Shown piece by piece: positions 1 through 8,678 of a stretch of 64,000 nucleotides of DNA (its first letter is position 1; every line of letters starts with the position of its first letter). The notes under the pieces were generated by a model. That model worked only from the letters and a program-made list of their open reading frames with translations, was not told the DNA's origin and made no database searches. The stretch comes from an uncultured Pseudomonadota bacterium (GTDB lineage: Bacteria; Pseudomonadota; Alphaproteobacteria; RF32; CAG-239), in assembly GCA_949295085.1 (NCBI GenBank), contig CASFJS010000001.1, positions 9,121 through 73,120 of the forward strand. The letters are read 5' to 3'. The position numbers were made by a program, and so were the translations under genes.

Positions 1-1938
1 ATGGTACTCCGTATCCGCCAGCCGGAATTGGCAAAAACCGCTTTGTCGGGTGCCGAGGATTTCGCCGCCGCCGCGCAATTCCAAGTCTTTTTCGGCAATC
101 AAAAAGCCGTCTTCGGTCTGTTTCATGATATTGAGACGCTCCCGCGCGGTTTCGCTCAGGGGCTGCCCGTAAAGCAGCAGACAGGTTGCCGCCTCAAACC
201 CGCGCTTGACCCGCCCGCGCAGCTGGTGCAGCTGTGCCAGCCCGAACCGCTCGGCGTGTTCAATCACCATAATGGTAGCTTCCGGCACATTCACGCCGAC
301 TTCAATCACCGTCGTTGCCACCAAAAGCTTTATCTCGCCGCGCTTAAACCGCTCCATCACCGCGTCTTTGTCTTTTTCTTTCATTTTGCCGTGCACCAGC
401 CCGACATCATCGCCGAATATTTTGCGCAGGTCTTCAAACCGCGCCTCGGCCGCCGCCAAATCGCTTTTTTCGGATTCTTCCACCAACGGACACACCCAAT
501 AAGCCCGCGTTCCGCTTTCAATTTTGCGTTTTAGGGCCGCCACCGTGTCCGCCAGCTTGGCTATCGGCAAAACACGGGTATCCACCGGCTTGCGCCCCTC
601 GGGAACCTGATCGATTTTGGAATATTCCATATCGCCGTAAGAGGTCAAAACCAGCGTCCGCGGAATAGGGGTTGCCGTCATAATCAGAACATCGGCCTTG
701 TCGCCTTTTTCCGACAATTTAAGCCGCTGGTGCACGCCAAACCGGTGTTGCTCGTCTACCACCACAAACCCCAGCTCTTTATAACTCACGTCTTCTTGAA
801 ACAAGGCGTGCGTGCCGATAAGAATGTTTATTTTGCCCTCAGCCAGTTTGTTGAGGATTTCCGTCCGTGCTTTGCCCTTGGTCTTGCCGGTCAGCAGCGC
901 CGCCGTAATGCCGATATCCTCACACATCGGCGCAATCGTTTCAAAATGTTGCTTGGCCAAAATCTCGGTCGGCGCCATAATCGCCGCCTGCAAACCGGCC
1001 TCAACCGCGTTCAGCATGGCCAAAAACGCCACAATCGTTTTGCCGGAGCCAACATCTCCCTGCAACAGCCGCAGCATGCGGAGCGACGCCGCCTGATCGG
1101 TATAAATCTCCGCCAAAACGTTTTTTTGCGCCGTTGTCAGCGTAAACGGCAGCTTTTCCATAATTTTTTTGCGCAACAGCCCGTTGCCGCGGACAATCCG
1201 GCCGCTTTGTTTTTTGACCCGCTCGCGGGCAATGGCCAATGTCAGTTGGTTGGCCAAAAGCTCGTCATAAGCCAGACGCGCCCGCTCTTTGGCATAAGGC
1301 TCAAGATCTTGCTGATAGCGCGGATGGTGCGCCTTGACCAGTGCCGAGCGGAAGTCGTCCCAGCCTTGTTGGTGCACAAAGGCTTCGTCCAGCCATTCGG
1401 GCAGGGCAGGCACTTTGGCCAGCGCCTGTTCGGCATATTTGTTGAGCATCTTGTTGCTGATGCCGGCCGTCAGCGGATAAACCGGTTCAAACGCCGGAAT
1501 TTTATCACTGTCGGCCTCAGGCACGATATAGTCCGGGTGCGCCATCTGCAGCATACCGTTAAAGCTTTCAATCTTACCGCTGACAATCCGCACCGCGCCG
1601 ACGGGCAGGTTTTTGGCAATCGAGTCGGCATAAACCTTAAAGAAAATCAGCGTCATCTCGCCGCTGCCGTCGCTGACCAAAACCCGATAAGGCTGCTGCC
1701 GTGTCTTTGGCGCAATATGTTCAATAACCTTAACCCGCAGCGTGCAAATACGCCCCAGTACGGCGTCTTTAAGCCGCGGCCGGTAGGATCGGTCAATAAT
1801 TCCGGCCGGCAGATGAAACGCCAGATCAACAATTTTGCTGCCGCTCAAAAGGTTTTGCAGCAGTTTGACGGTCTTGCTGCCGATACCTTTAAGCGTTGAA
1901 ATCTCGGCAAACAGGGGAAACAAAATCTCTGGACGCAT
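1..1938 (-). CDS. recG: ATP-dependent DNA helicase RecG (C-terminus runs off the left edge)
   Basis: Not in the ORF track. The reverse complement from ATG 1938-1936 reads MRPEILFPLFAEISTLKGIGSK... and stays in frame to position 1. It passes through GDVGSGKT (Walker A), VVDEQHRFGV and MTATPIPRT helicase motifs. Plus-strand ORFs 1..534 and 730..1899 are its antisense shadows. Confidence 0.9.
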   Translation of the reverse strand, partial: MRPEILFPLFAEISTLKGIGSKTVKLLQNLLSGSKIVDLAFHLPAGIIDRSYRPRLKDAVLGRICTLRVKVIEHIAPKTRQQPYRVLVSDGSGEMTLIFFKVYADSIAKNLPVGAVRIVSGKIESFNGMLQMAHPDYIVPEADSDKIPAFEPVYPLTAGISNKMLNKYAEQALAKVPALPEWLDEAFVHQQGWDDFRSALVKAHHPRYQQDLEPYAKERARLAYDELLANQLTLAIARERVKKQSGRIVRGNGLLRKKIMEKLPFTLTTAQKNVLAEIYTDQAASLRMLRLLQGDVGSGKTIVAFLAMLNAVEAGLQAAIMAPTEILAKQHFETIAPMCEDIGITAALLTGKTKGKARTEILNKLAEGKINILIGTHALFQEDVSYKELGFVVVDEQHRFGVHQRLKLSEKGDKADVLIMTATPIPRTLVLTSYGDMEYSKIDQVPEGRKPVDTRVLPIAKLADTVAALKRKIESGTRAYWVCPLVEESEKSDLAAAEARFEDLRKIFGDDVGLVHGKMKEKDKDAVMERFKRGEIKLLVATTVIEVGVNVPEATIMVIEHAERFGLAQLHQLRGRVKRGFEAATCLLLYGQPLSETARERLNIMKQTEDGFLIAEKDLELRGGGEILGTRQSGFCQFRLADTEYH

Positions 1939-2028
1939 AAAACCGTGGCCTTTCGTGAAATAAAACTTGCATAACCAAGGGCTATTGTATATATTTTTCG
2001 GCGTCAAGTAAACAATAAGAAACAAGTA

Positions 2029-5000
2029 ATGCAGGACAATATTGCGCGTTTTAAAGGGGCTACTTTTTCTTCCGTCGCCAAGGGCTATGATGCCCTGCTG
2101 GCGGGCAACTTTGCGCTCAATTCGCCGGAGGGCGTGGTTTACATTGCCGCCGACGGTGTCGAACTGGCCAATACGGTCGCGTTGATTGAGTATATGTTCC
2201 CCAAGCTGCAGGTGTTGCGTTTTCCGGCGTGGGATACCGTGCCGTATGACCGTGTTTCGCCCAATTCATCAATCATTGCACAGCGGATTGACTGCCTGTC
2301 AGCTTTGGCGCAGGCGCCATCGCCCGAGCATCCGCGCATTGTCGTGACTTCGGTCGGCGCGGTGCTGCAAAAACTGCCGCCAAAGAAGATTTTTCTTAAT
2401 TCTTTGCATGAAGTTTCTGTTGGTAGTAAATTGAATTTTGATGATTTTTTGCATTACGCGACAATCAACGGCTACAACCGCGTCGCTCAGGTCTACGAGC
2501 CCGGCGAATACGCCGTCCGCGGCGATATCATTGATATTTTTCCGGTCGGCACCGACGAGCCGCTGCGTATTGATTTGTTTGATGACGAGGTTGAGCGTAT
2601 CCGCACGTTTGACGCCATGAGCCAGCGCACCACCGGCGAGCTGAAGTCCTATCAGTTTAAGGTGATGAGCGAGGTTGTACTGGACGCCAACACTGTTAAG
2701 ACTTTCCGCTCCAAATACCGCGAGGCTTTCGGGGCTGATTTTAACGGCGACGAGATTTACGAGGCCGTTTCCGCCGGCCGCAAATACATCGGGCTGGAAA
2801 ACTGGCTGCCGTTTTTTTATGAAGACCCGCTGCCGACGTTGTTTGACTACCTGCCGTCTGCCGGTATTATTACTTCGGACAAGGTTGCCGATGCCGCTGC
2901 AGCCAAGGCCGACAGCATTGCCGATTATTATCATGCCCGCCTTGAGGCACTCAGGATAAAATCGGCCGCCGGCGAGGAAGCCTATCGTCCGGTTAAGCCG
3001 GAACTCCTCTATCTGACAGATAAAGAATTTGAAAATATACTAAAGCAAAAACAATCTGTTACACTAACTTTTTTAAGTATTCCGTCATCTGAAAATGTTG
3101 TTGATTGCCAGATTTTGCCGGTGCGCGATTTTGCCTCTGCCAAAAACATTACCGCCGGCGAGGTCTATGTCGAACTCAAAAATTATTTGAGCGAAAACAA
3201 AAAGTTAAAGCGCATTATTGCCTGCTATTCCGAGGGCAGCCGCGAGCGTCTGTTTTCGCTGATGAACGAATACGAGATTCCCGACCTCACGTTTGCCGAA
3301 AGCTGGAACGAAGCCTTGGATAAGGCCAAAGACAAGGTTGTGATGGTTGTTATGCCTTTGGAACACGGCTTTAAGGGCGACGGCCTGTGCCTGATTGCCG
3401 AGCAGGATATCTTGGGCGAAAAACAGCACCGCCGCAAGCAAAAGAAATATTCTTCCAAGGATTTTATTGCCGATGTCGGCTCCCTGCAAGTCGGCGAGCT
3501 GGTGGTGCATATCGACCACGGTATCGGCCGTTTTATGGGGCTGGAGAACATCACCGCCGGCGGCGCGCCGCATGATTGTCTGAAGATTGTTTATGCCAAC
3601 GATGCCAAGCTTTTTGTGCCGGTTGAAAACATTGATGTTTTGTCGCGCTACGGCCTTGATGACGAAAATATTGAGCTCGACACGCTGGGCGGCGCCGCCT
3701 GGTCGGCCAAAAAGGCCAAAGTCAAGGCCAAAATCCGCGATATTGCCGAAAAACTGATTAAAATTGCCGCCGAACGCCATCTTAAAAAGGCCGATTGCTA
3801 CGCCCCGCCGCAGGGAATGTTTGATGATTTTTGCGCCCGTTTTCCTTATAACGAAACCGATGACCAGCTCAACGCCATTGCCGACGTTATGGCGGATTTG
3901 AACGCCGCAATTCCGATGGACAGGCTGGTTTGCGGCGACGTCGGTTTCGGCAAGACCGAAGTTGCGTTGCGCGCTGCTTTTGCCGTGGCGGCGTCCGGTG
4001 CTCAGGTGGCGGTTGTGGTGCCGACCACGCTTTTGGCGCGCCAGCATTATCAAAACTTCAAAGCCCGTCTGGAGGGTTTTCCGATACGGGTTAAAATGCT
4101 TTCGCGTCTGGTAACACCCAAAGAGGCGCGCGAGACCAAGCAGGGACTTAAAGAAGGCTCGGTTGAAATCGTTATCGGCACCCACGCGCTGTTGTCAGAA
4201 AAGATTGAGTTTTGCAACCTCGGCCTGTTGATTATCGACGAGGAGCAGCATTTTGGCGTCGCTCATAAGGAAAAACTAAAGCAGATTAAGTCCGATGTCC
4301 ATGTCCTGACCCTAACCGCCACGCCGATACCGCGCACGTTGCAACTGTCGTTAACCGGCGTCAAGAGTTTAAGCGTCATTGCCACGCCGCCGGTTGACCG
4401 CCTGGCCGCGCGGTCATTTGTTATGCCGTTTGACAAAGTGATGATTAAAGAGGCCGTCTACCGCGAAAAATACCGCGGCGGCCAGAGTTTCTTTGTCTGT
4501 CCGCGGGTTTCCGATATCCGCGAGGTTGAAAAAGGGCTGCGCGCGCTGTTGCCGGATATCAAAATTCTGGTGGCTCACGGCCAGATGCCGCCCAAACAGC
4601 TTGAAGACGTTATGAACGACTTTGCCGACGGCAAGGCCGATATGTTGTTGTCCACCACGATTATCGAATCCGGCATTGATATGCCGCGGGTTAACACGAT
4701 GATTGTCTATCGTGCTGATATGTTCGGTCTGGCACAGCTCTATCAGCTCAAGGGCAGAATAGGGCGCGGCAAAGTCAGGGGCTATGCTTATTTCACCATT
4801 CCGCCGCACCGCAAACTTAATCCGGTGGCCGAGCGACGCCTGAGCATTTTGCAGGCGCTGGATACGCTGGGCGCCGGTTTTTCGCTGGCCAGTCATGATA
4901 TGGACATCCGCGGCGCCGGCAATGTTTTGGGCGAGGAGCAGTCCGGCCATATTAAAGACGTCGGCATTTCGCTTTATCAGCATATGCTGGAAGAAGAGAT

Positions 5001-5502
5001 TCTCCGCCTGCGTTCCGGCGTTATGGCCGATGAGCAGCGCAAGCAGATTGAAGACTGGGCGCCACAGATTTCAACCGGTATCCCGATTATGATACCCGAG
5101 GTCTACGTGCGCGATTTGGGCATTCGCTTGGGGCTTTATAAGCGTATCGGCGATATTAAGGACAAAGATGCTCTGGCCGATATGAAAGCGGAGCTGATAG
5201 ACCGTTTTGGCCCGTTACCGCCGGAGGTTGAAAACCTGCTCACCACGGTGGAAATCAAAATTGCCTGCCGCCTGGCCGGAATCGACCGGATTGACGCCGG
5301 CGCCAAAGGGGTTTTGATAGGATTTAGGGGCAATGTCTTTGCCCGTCCGGAAAAGCTGATAGAGCTGATAGCCTCGTCTTTCGGCACCATCAAAGTCCGT
5401 CCGGATCAGCGCCTGTTTATTGAAAAAGATTTGTCATCTTACGCCGTGCGCATTGCCACAATCAGACAATACATAGACCGAATCGCCGCTTTAGCAGTCT
5501 GA
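2029..5502 (+). CDS. mfd: transcription-repair coupling factor Mfd
   Basis: 1157 aa. Helicase motifs GDVGFGKTEVALRAAF, IIDEEQHFGV and LTATPIPRTL, with an Mfd-typical N-terminal UvrB-like region and C-terminal TRCF domain. Divergent from recG. Confidence 0.95.
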   Translation: MQDNIARFKGATFSSVAKGYDALLAGNFALNSPEGVVYIAADGVELANTVALIEYMFPKLQVLRFPAWDTVPYDRVSPNSSIIAQRIDCLSALAQAPSPEHPRIVVTSVGAVLQKLPPKKIFLNSLHEVSVGSKLNFDDFLHYATINGYNRVAQVYEPGEYAVRGDIIDIFPVGTDEPLRIDLFDDEVERIRTFDAMSQRTTGELKSYQFKVMSEVVLDANTVKTFRSKYREAFGADFNGDEIYEAVSAGRKYIGLENWLPFFYEDPLPTLFDYLPSAGIITSDKVADAAAAKADSIADYYHARLEALRIKSAAGEEAYRPVKPELLYLTDKEFENILKQKQSVTLTFLSIPSSENVVDCQILPVRDFASAKNITAGEVYVELKNYLSENKKLKRIIACYSEGSRERLFSLMNEYEIPDLTFAESWNEALDKAKDKVVMVVMPLEHGFKGDGLCLIAEQDILGEKQHRRKQKKYSSKDFIADVGSLQVGELVVHIDHGIGRFMGLENITAGGAPHDCLKIVYANDAKLFVPVENIDVLSRYGLDDENIELDTLGGAAWSAKKAKVKAKIRDIAEKLIKIAAERHLKKADCYAPPQGMFDDFCARFPYNETDDQLNAIADVMADLNAAIPMDRLVCGDVGFGKTEVALRAAFAVAASGAQVAVVVPTTLLARQHYQNFKARLEGFPIRVKMLSRLVTPKEARETKQGLKEGSVEIVIGTHALLSEKIEFCNLGLLIIDEEQHFGVAHKEKLKQIKSDVHVLTLTATPIPRTLQLSLTGVKSLSVIATPPVDRLAARSFVMPFDKVMIKEAVYREKYRGGQSFFVCPRVSDIREVEKGLRALLPDIKILVAHGQMPPKQLEDVMNDFADGKADMLLSTTIIESGIDMPRVNTMIVYRADMFGLAQLYQLKGRIGRGKVRGYAYFTIPPHRKLNPVAERRLSILQALDTLGAGFSLASHDMDIRGAGNVLGEEQSGHIKDVGISLYQHMLEEEILRLRSGVMADEQRKQIEDWAPQISTGIPIMIPEVYVRDLGIRLGLYKRIGDIKDKDALADMKAELIDRFGPLPPEVENLLTTVEIKIACRLAGIDRIDAGAKGVLIGFRGNVFARPEKLIELIASSFGTIKVRPDQRLFIEKDLSSYAVRIATIRQYIDRIAALAV

Positions 5503-5579
5503 GCAAGGCTTTGCATAAAAAAATTTACTTTTGCCGTAAAATAAGATAAAATAAAATCGTTTTTTGGAGGCATAATCCG

Positions 5580-6239
5580 ATGTATCCGACGGACAAATTT
5601 TATAATATGCAGGTTAATCTGGTCAAAAACGGCCGGGTCTATCCTGAAAAAGCCGCCATTCGCAACATTTGGCAAAAAGACCGTAACTTTTTTCTTGATA
5701 TCTATATTTATCGTTTGCAAAAGGCTTTTGTCTTTGATGCCGCCTTTGTTCGTGACATATCGGATATGAGCCGCGGCATAAGCTATAAGGACATCAACAA
5801 ATTTGCTGCCGATTTTGCCGCTGCGGCAGCTGTCGAGCCGGTGCAGGTGTCAAAAACGGGAACCGCAGATATTTTATCGCCGGTTAAAGATGATGTTATA
5901 CTGCTCCTGTTTATGTCCAAAGTTTGGAACGATAAAAACCCGATTAAGCAAAAGATTATTTTTGACTATATTCAAAGCAGCGTCGCCGCGGCCAAAAATC
6001 TGAGCGAGCGCTATTTGAGCCGGTATCTGGCCGGACTGCAACCGGCGGATGATGATTTTTACAACACCTTGAACCGTCTTAAGTCAAAAAAGCCGTCCCA
6101 AGCTCTGCGCCTGTTGCAGGAGGCGGTCAAAATTTGTCTTGTCGGCGGCTATCTGCATTACAACGAACGTATGTATCTGGCTGATTTTATCCAGGCCTTG
6201 CGCCAAGAGGGCGTGGAGGTTCCGCCCGATGTTATCTGA
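5580..6239 (+). CDS. hypothetical protein (219 aa)
   Basis: ATG preceded by GGAGG about 9 nt upstream. I recognise no catalytic motif, TM segment or signal peptide. Confidence 0.55.
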   Translation: MYPTDKFYNMQVNLVKNGRVYPEKAAIRNIWQKDRNFFLDIYIYRLQKAFVFDAAFVRDISDMSRGISYKDINKFAADFAAAAAVEPVQVSKTGTADILSPVKDDVILLLFMSKVWNDKNPIKQKIIFDYIQSSVAAAKNLSERYLSRYLAGLQPADDDFYNTLNRLKSKKPSQALRLLQEAVKICLVGGYLHYNERMYLADFIQALRQEGVEVPPDVI

Positions 6240-6299
6240 TTAAAAAAAAAGACGCTTCCTTTACCGGAGGTAAAAAAAAGCATCTTTTCAAAGTGTTCT

Positions 6300-6773
6300 T
6301 CAACCGTTAGACAGCATATCCTGCGTTATCAAGAGCCGATCCAGCTTTTTCATAAGCGCGGTATGGACACGTTCGGCGTCTCTCGGGTGCTTAAAAAGGT
6401 GGAGGGCGATAACATCGCAAAGCAAAACATTTTCATGTTCAAGTTGCGACAGCTGCCGTCGGAGACTTCGGCGATCTCTGAAAGAAAGTTCGGCGCGCAG
6501 GTAGTCCTGACAGTGGCGGATTCCGTCCAGCACAAACTTTATTTTTTTGTGAACTTGGAGGATATTTTCGTTTGCCGCAGCCGAGGCATTATCCCACAAA
6601 TTTTGTACGGCGAAGATAACGTTGTTTTTGTCAACGTGCGAAAAAACGGTTTCAAACAACAGACAGTCGTTGTTTTCCAGGGCGTTGATTATGACGTCGA
6701 CAAGCGACTTACGGCGTTTAACATAATCTGTTAAGGCCGTAATTTTAATTCTGATTTTTTCTATAGCGGTCAT
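6300..6773 (-). CDS. hypothetical helical protein (158 aa), cassette 3 of the tandem array
   Basis: The track ORF starts at TTG 6857. The first ATG (6773, MTAIEKIRIK...) lies 16 nt downstream of the conserved UTR 10-mer, matching the layout of the two neighbouring cassettes. No family recognised. Confidence 0.5.
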   Translation of the reverse strand: MTAIEKIRIKITALTDYVKRRKSLVDVIINALENNDCLLFETVFSHVDKNNVIFAVQNLWDNASAAANENILQVHKKIKFVLDGIRHCQDYLRAELSFRDRRSLRRQLSQLEHENVLLCDVIALHLFKHPRDAERVHTALMKKLDRLLITQDMLSNG

Positions 6774-6789
6774 AATAATTATTTTTAAT

Positions 6790-6854
6790 GTTAATAATTC
6801 TGTATATTGTAAATGTTGTAGTTTGAGAATATAGGCTTTTTTTTCGTCGGTCAA
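6790..6854 (-). promoter_or_regulatory. putative sigma70-type promoter plus conserved 5' UTR element (cassette 3)
   Basis: Minus strand: TTGACC (6854-6849), 18-nt spacer, TATTCT (6830-6825). The invariant AATTATTAAC (plus strand gttaataatt, 6790-6799) sits 16 nt before ATG 6773. Confidence 0.4.
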
Positions 6855-6901
6855 CAAAAAAATGACGTCGCCGTAAGCACTTACATCTCAGAAACAAGCG
6901 C

Positions 6902-6941
6902 AAAAAAGCCCGCGGAGAACCTTAAAAAGTTCCCGGCAGGC
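6902..6941 (-). terminator. rho-independent terminator after cassette 2
   Basis: Plus strand aaaaaa-gcccgcggagaac-cttaaaaa-gttcccggcaggc. On the minus strand this is an imperfect ~13-bp GC-rich hairpin followed by a T6 run. Confidence 0.6.
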
Positions 6942-6964
6942 TAAATTTCTGCTTCCTGACCACA

Positions 6965-7315
6965 CTACATAACATTGTAGTGTTGTGGTGTATTAAGGCT
7001 GAATTCCTCAAATGCCTTATAATGTCTTTCGGCATCGGAATAGGTCAGCAGTTGGAACAAAACCGTCAGTCCCTCCGATAACCCGAGTTCTTTCTTGTTC
7101 TCGAAGCTTATGCCGTTTAGCTTGTTGTTAAGCATCTGATTCCAGGCTATAAGACGGTTCTCGTGGCTTGAAATTTTCAAGGCCGTACGGATAAATTCCT
7201 TAAGATAGGGCACTTGCTCTGGTAATAAGGCATCACCTGTTAATTCGGGCGCTTCCGTCGGGCGGATGGCTTTGATCTGTTCGGCTTTAAAAAGCCTTTT
7301 TCTTGTCAGTTTCAT
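6965..7315 (-). CDS. hypothetical small protein (116 aa), cassette 2, paralog of 7485..7880
   Basis: ATG start. Shares the AIRP..PEL, PYLKEFI, AW..MLNNK, L.E..T.LF..L.Y and HY.A..E.S blocks with the neighbouring ORF. Confidence 0.65.
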   Translation of the reverse strand: MKLTRKRLFKAEQIKAIRPTEAPELTGDALLPEQVPYLKEFIRTALKISSHENRLIAWNQMLNNKLNGISFENKKELGLSEGLTVLFQLLTYSDAERHYKAFEEFSLNTPQHYNVM

Positions 7316-7332
7316 ACTTTTTATTTTTGGGG

Positions 7333-7396
7333 GTTAATAATTTCTATGTTATAGTGAAAACGACTCCAGAATATAATCTTTTGTCCATTTGGTCAA
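7333..7396 (-). promoter_or_regulatory. putative promoter plus conserved 5' UTR element (cassette 2)
   Basis: Minus strand: TTGACC (7396-7391), 17-nt spacer, TATTCT (7373-7368). AATTATTAAC (plus strand 7333-7342) sits 17 nt before ATG 7315. Confidence 0.4.
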
Positions 7397-7435
7397 CAAA
7401 AAATATTTGGTATTTTTTTTACCAAAAACGAGCAC

Positions 7436-7473
7436 AAAAAAGCCCGCGGGGAACTTTAATGTTCCCGGCGGAC
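7436..7473 (-). terminator. rho-independent terminator after cassette 1
   Basis: Plus strand aaaaaa-gcccgcggggaac-tttaat-gttcccggcgg. It is a near copy of the 6902-6941 hairpin and has a T6 run on the minus strand. Confidence 0.6.
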
Positions 7474-7484
7474 CGAAATTTCAT

Positions 7485-7880
7485 TTAATCAGCGTATTTC
7501 TCCGGCCTTGCGGAGTACTCGGTGTAGGCGCAATAGTGCAATTTTGCGCCGTAGTAGCCGAGCCTGTCGAACAGGAACGTCACGGCCTCACCGAGGTTCA
7601 GCCTTTCGCCCTCAACCCCTCCCCGGAGGTTTGACTTATTGTTAAGCATGGTCGCCCACGCTTTCATCATGTCCTCGTGGCTGTAGCCATGCGCCCGCGC
7701 CGCCAGGATAAATTTCCTCAGGTAAGGAGTTTGCTCGCGCCCGAGGTAAAAACTTCCCTTTGGCAACTCCGGAACCATAAGAGGGCGGATAGCGCGCAGT
7801 TCTGCGGCCGAAAAAAATCCCTTTTCCGAGATGTGGATAGAAGTGCTGCTGTTGATGCTGATGGTGTTTTCTTTTGCCAT
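7485..7880 (-). CDS. hypothetical small protein (131 aa), cassette 1, paralog of 6965..7315
   Basis: ATG with AAGGA upstream. By hand alignment it is about 35-40% identical to the 116-aa neighbour. Confidence 0.65.
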   Translation of the reverse strand: MAKENTISINSSTSIHISEKGFFSAAELRAIRPLMVPELPKGSFYLGREQTPYLRKFILAARAHGYSHEDMMKAWATMLNNKSNLRGGVEGERLNLGEAVTFLFDRLGYYGAKLHYCAYTEYSARPEKYAD

Positions 7881-7900
7881 AATCCTTGTTTTTTTAATTT

Positions 7901-7954
7901 GTTAATAATTTTTATCAATGGCAACAACATATCACATTTTGCCGGGGTGGTCAA
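7901..7954 (-). promoter_or_regulatory. putative promoter plus conserved 5' UTR element (cassette 1)
   Basis: Minus strand: TTGACC (7954-7949), 17-nt spacer, TATGTT (7931-7926). AATTATTAAC (plus strand 7901-7910) sits 20 nt before ATG 7880. Confidence 0.4.
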
Positions 7955-7986
7955 TCATAAAAATGACAAAATTTATTTTTTTTGTC

Positions 7987-8018
7987 AAAAAAAGAGGTCT
8001 CGTTTCGCGAAACCTCTT
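7987..8018 (-). terminator. rho-independent terminator ending the FAS/OmpA operon
   Basis: Minus strand: aagaggtttcgcgaaacgagacctct hairpin followed by TTTTTTT, 22 nt after the stop at 8040. Confidence 0.6.
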
Positions 8019-8039
8019 AAAATCAAAGCAAATCAAAGA

Positions 8040-8678
8040 TTATTGCTGATTAATCAGCACAATTTCCACCCGGCGGTTTTGTTCGCGTCCGGCCGCCGTC
8101 GCGTTAGAGGCAATCGGGTTGGCCGAGCCGTATCCGGTGGCAATAATCCGTCCGGCCGCCACGCCTTGCAGTTTTAAGAAATCGGCAACGGCATTGGCGC
8201 GGCGCTGCGATAACGGATTATTGATGGCGGCAGAGCCCGTATTATCGGTGTAGCCGTTAACCTGAACCAGCGTTTTGTCATATTCTTTCAAAACCTTGGC
8301 AATCGAAACCACAACCGGCTGGAAAGAAGACTTGATATAGGCCTCGTTGGTGTTAAAAGTGATGTTGCCGGGCATAATCAGATAAATCCGGCCGTCAAGT
8401 TCCTTAACCTGCACACCGGTTCCGACCAGCTCCTGCCGCAGCTTGGCAGCCTGATAATCCATATAGCCGCCGGCTGCCGCGCCGCCGGCCGCACCGATAC
8501 CGGCGCCGATAAGCGCGCCTTTTTCACCGCCGGCCAAAGCGCCGATACCCGCGCCCAAAGCCGCGCCGATACCCGTTCCCCAGGCCGTTTTGGCCACTTT
8601 CGTTTCGCCGGTATAAGGATCCGTGGCGCAGGCCGCCAACAGGGTTATCACCATTAAAGAGCCTAGTATTTTTTTCAT
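8040..8678 (-). CDS. OmpA-family lipoprotein with glycine-zipper region
   Basis: Lipobox LLAAC. GxxxG-rich segment (GIGAALGAGIGALAGG...). C-terminal OmpA-like domain with NTGSAAINNPLSQRRANAVADFL and NRRVEIVL. Confidence 0.85.
   Translation of the reverse strand: MKKILGSLMVITLLAACATDPYTGETKVAKTAWGTGIGAALGAGIGALAGGEKGALIGAGIGAAGGAAAGGYMDYQAAKLRQELVGTGVQVKELDGRIYLIMPGNITFNTNEAYIKSSFQPVVVSIAKVLKEYDKTLVQVNGYTDNTGSAAINNPLSQRRANAVADFLKLQGVAAGRIIATGYGSANPIASNATAAGREQNRRVEIVLINQQ

Noticed and set aside
1-1899. Long plus-strand ORFs 1..534 (177 aa), 206..502, 730..1899 (389 aa) and 812..1096
   Set aside because: They lie antisense to a clean in-frame RecG reading with all helicase motifs. Their products are R/Q/G/F-rich with no motifs, which is typical of shadow ORFs.
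2139-5393. Minus- and plus-strand ORFs nested in mfd (e.g. 3205..4185, 326 aa; 2299..2934; 4414..4983)
   Set aside because: They are antisense or out of frame relative to a full-length Mfd, with low-complexity translations and no RBS context.
5503-5545. Possible terminator after mfd (gcaa-ggct-ttgc plus an A/T run), and another after the 5580 ORF (6240-6290)
   Set aside because: The stems are only 4-5 bp or contain mismatches, which is too weak to call.
6774-6857. N-terminal extensions from upstream TTG/GTG starts in the ORF track (6857, 10654, 14056, 16569, 19905, 20438, 27499, 28806, 30426, 34541, 35419, 35945, 57737, 58019)
   Set aside because: In each case a downstream ATG (or, for rnfC, an RBS-backed GTG) restores the family-typical N-terminus, with a visible RBS in the cases where I checked. 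The extensions often overlap the preceding gene or its promoter or terminator.
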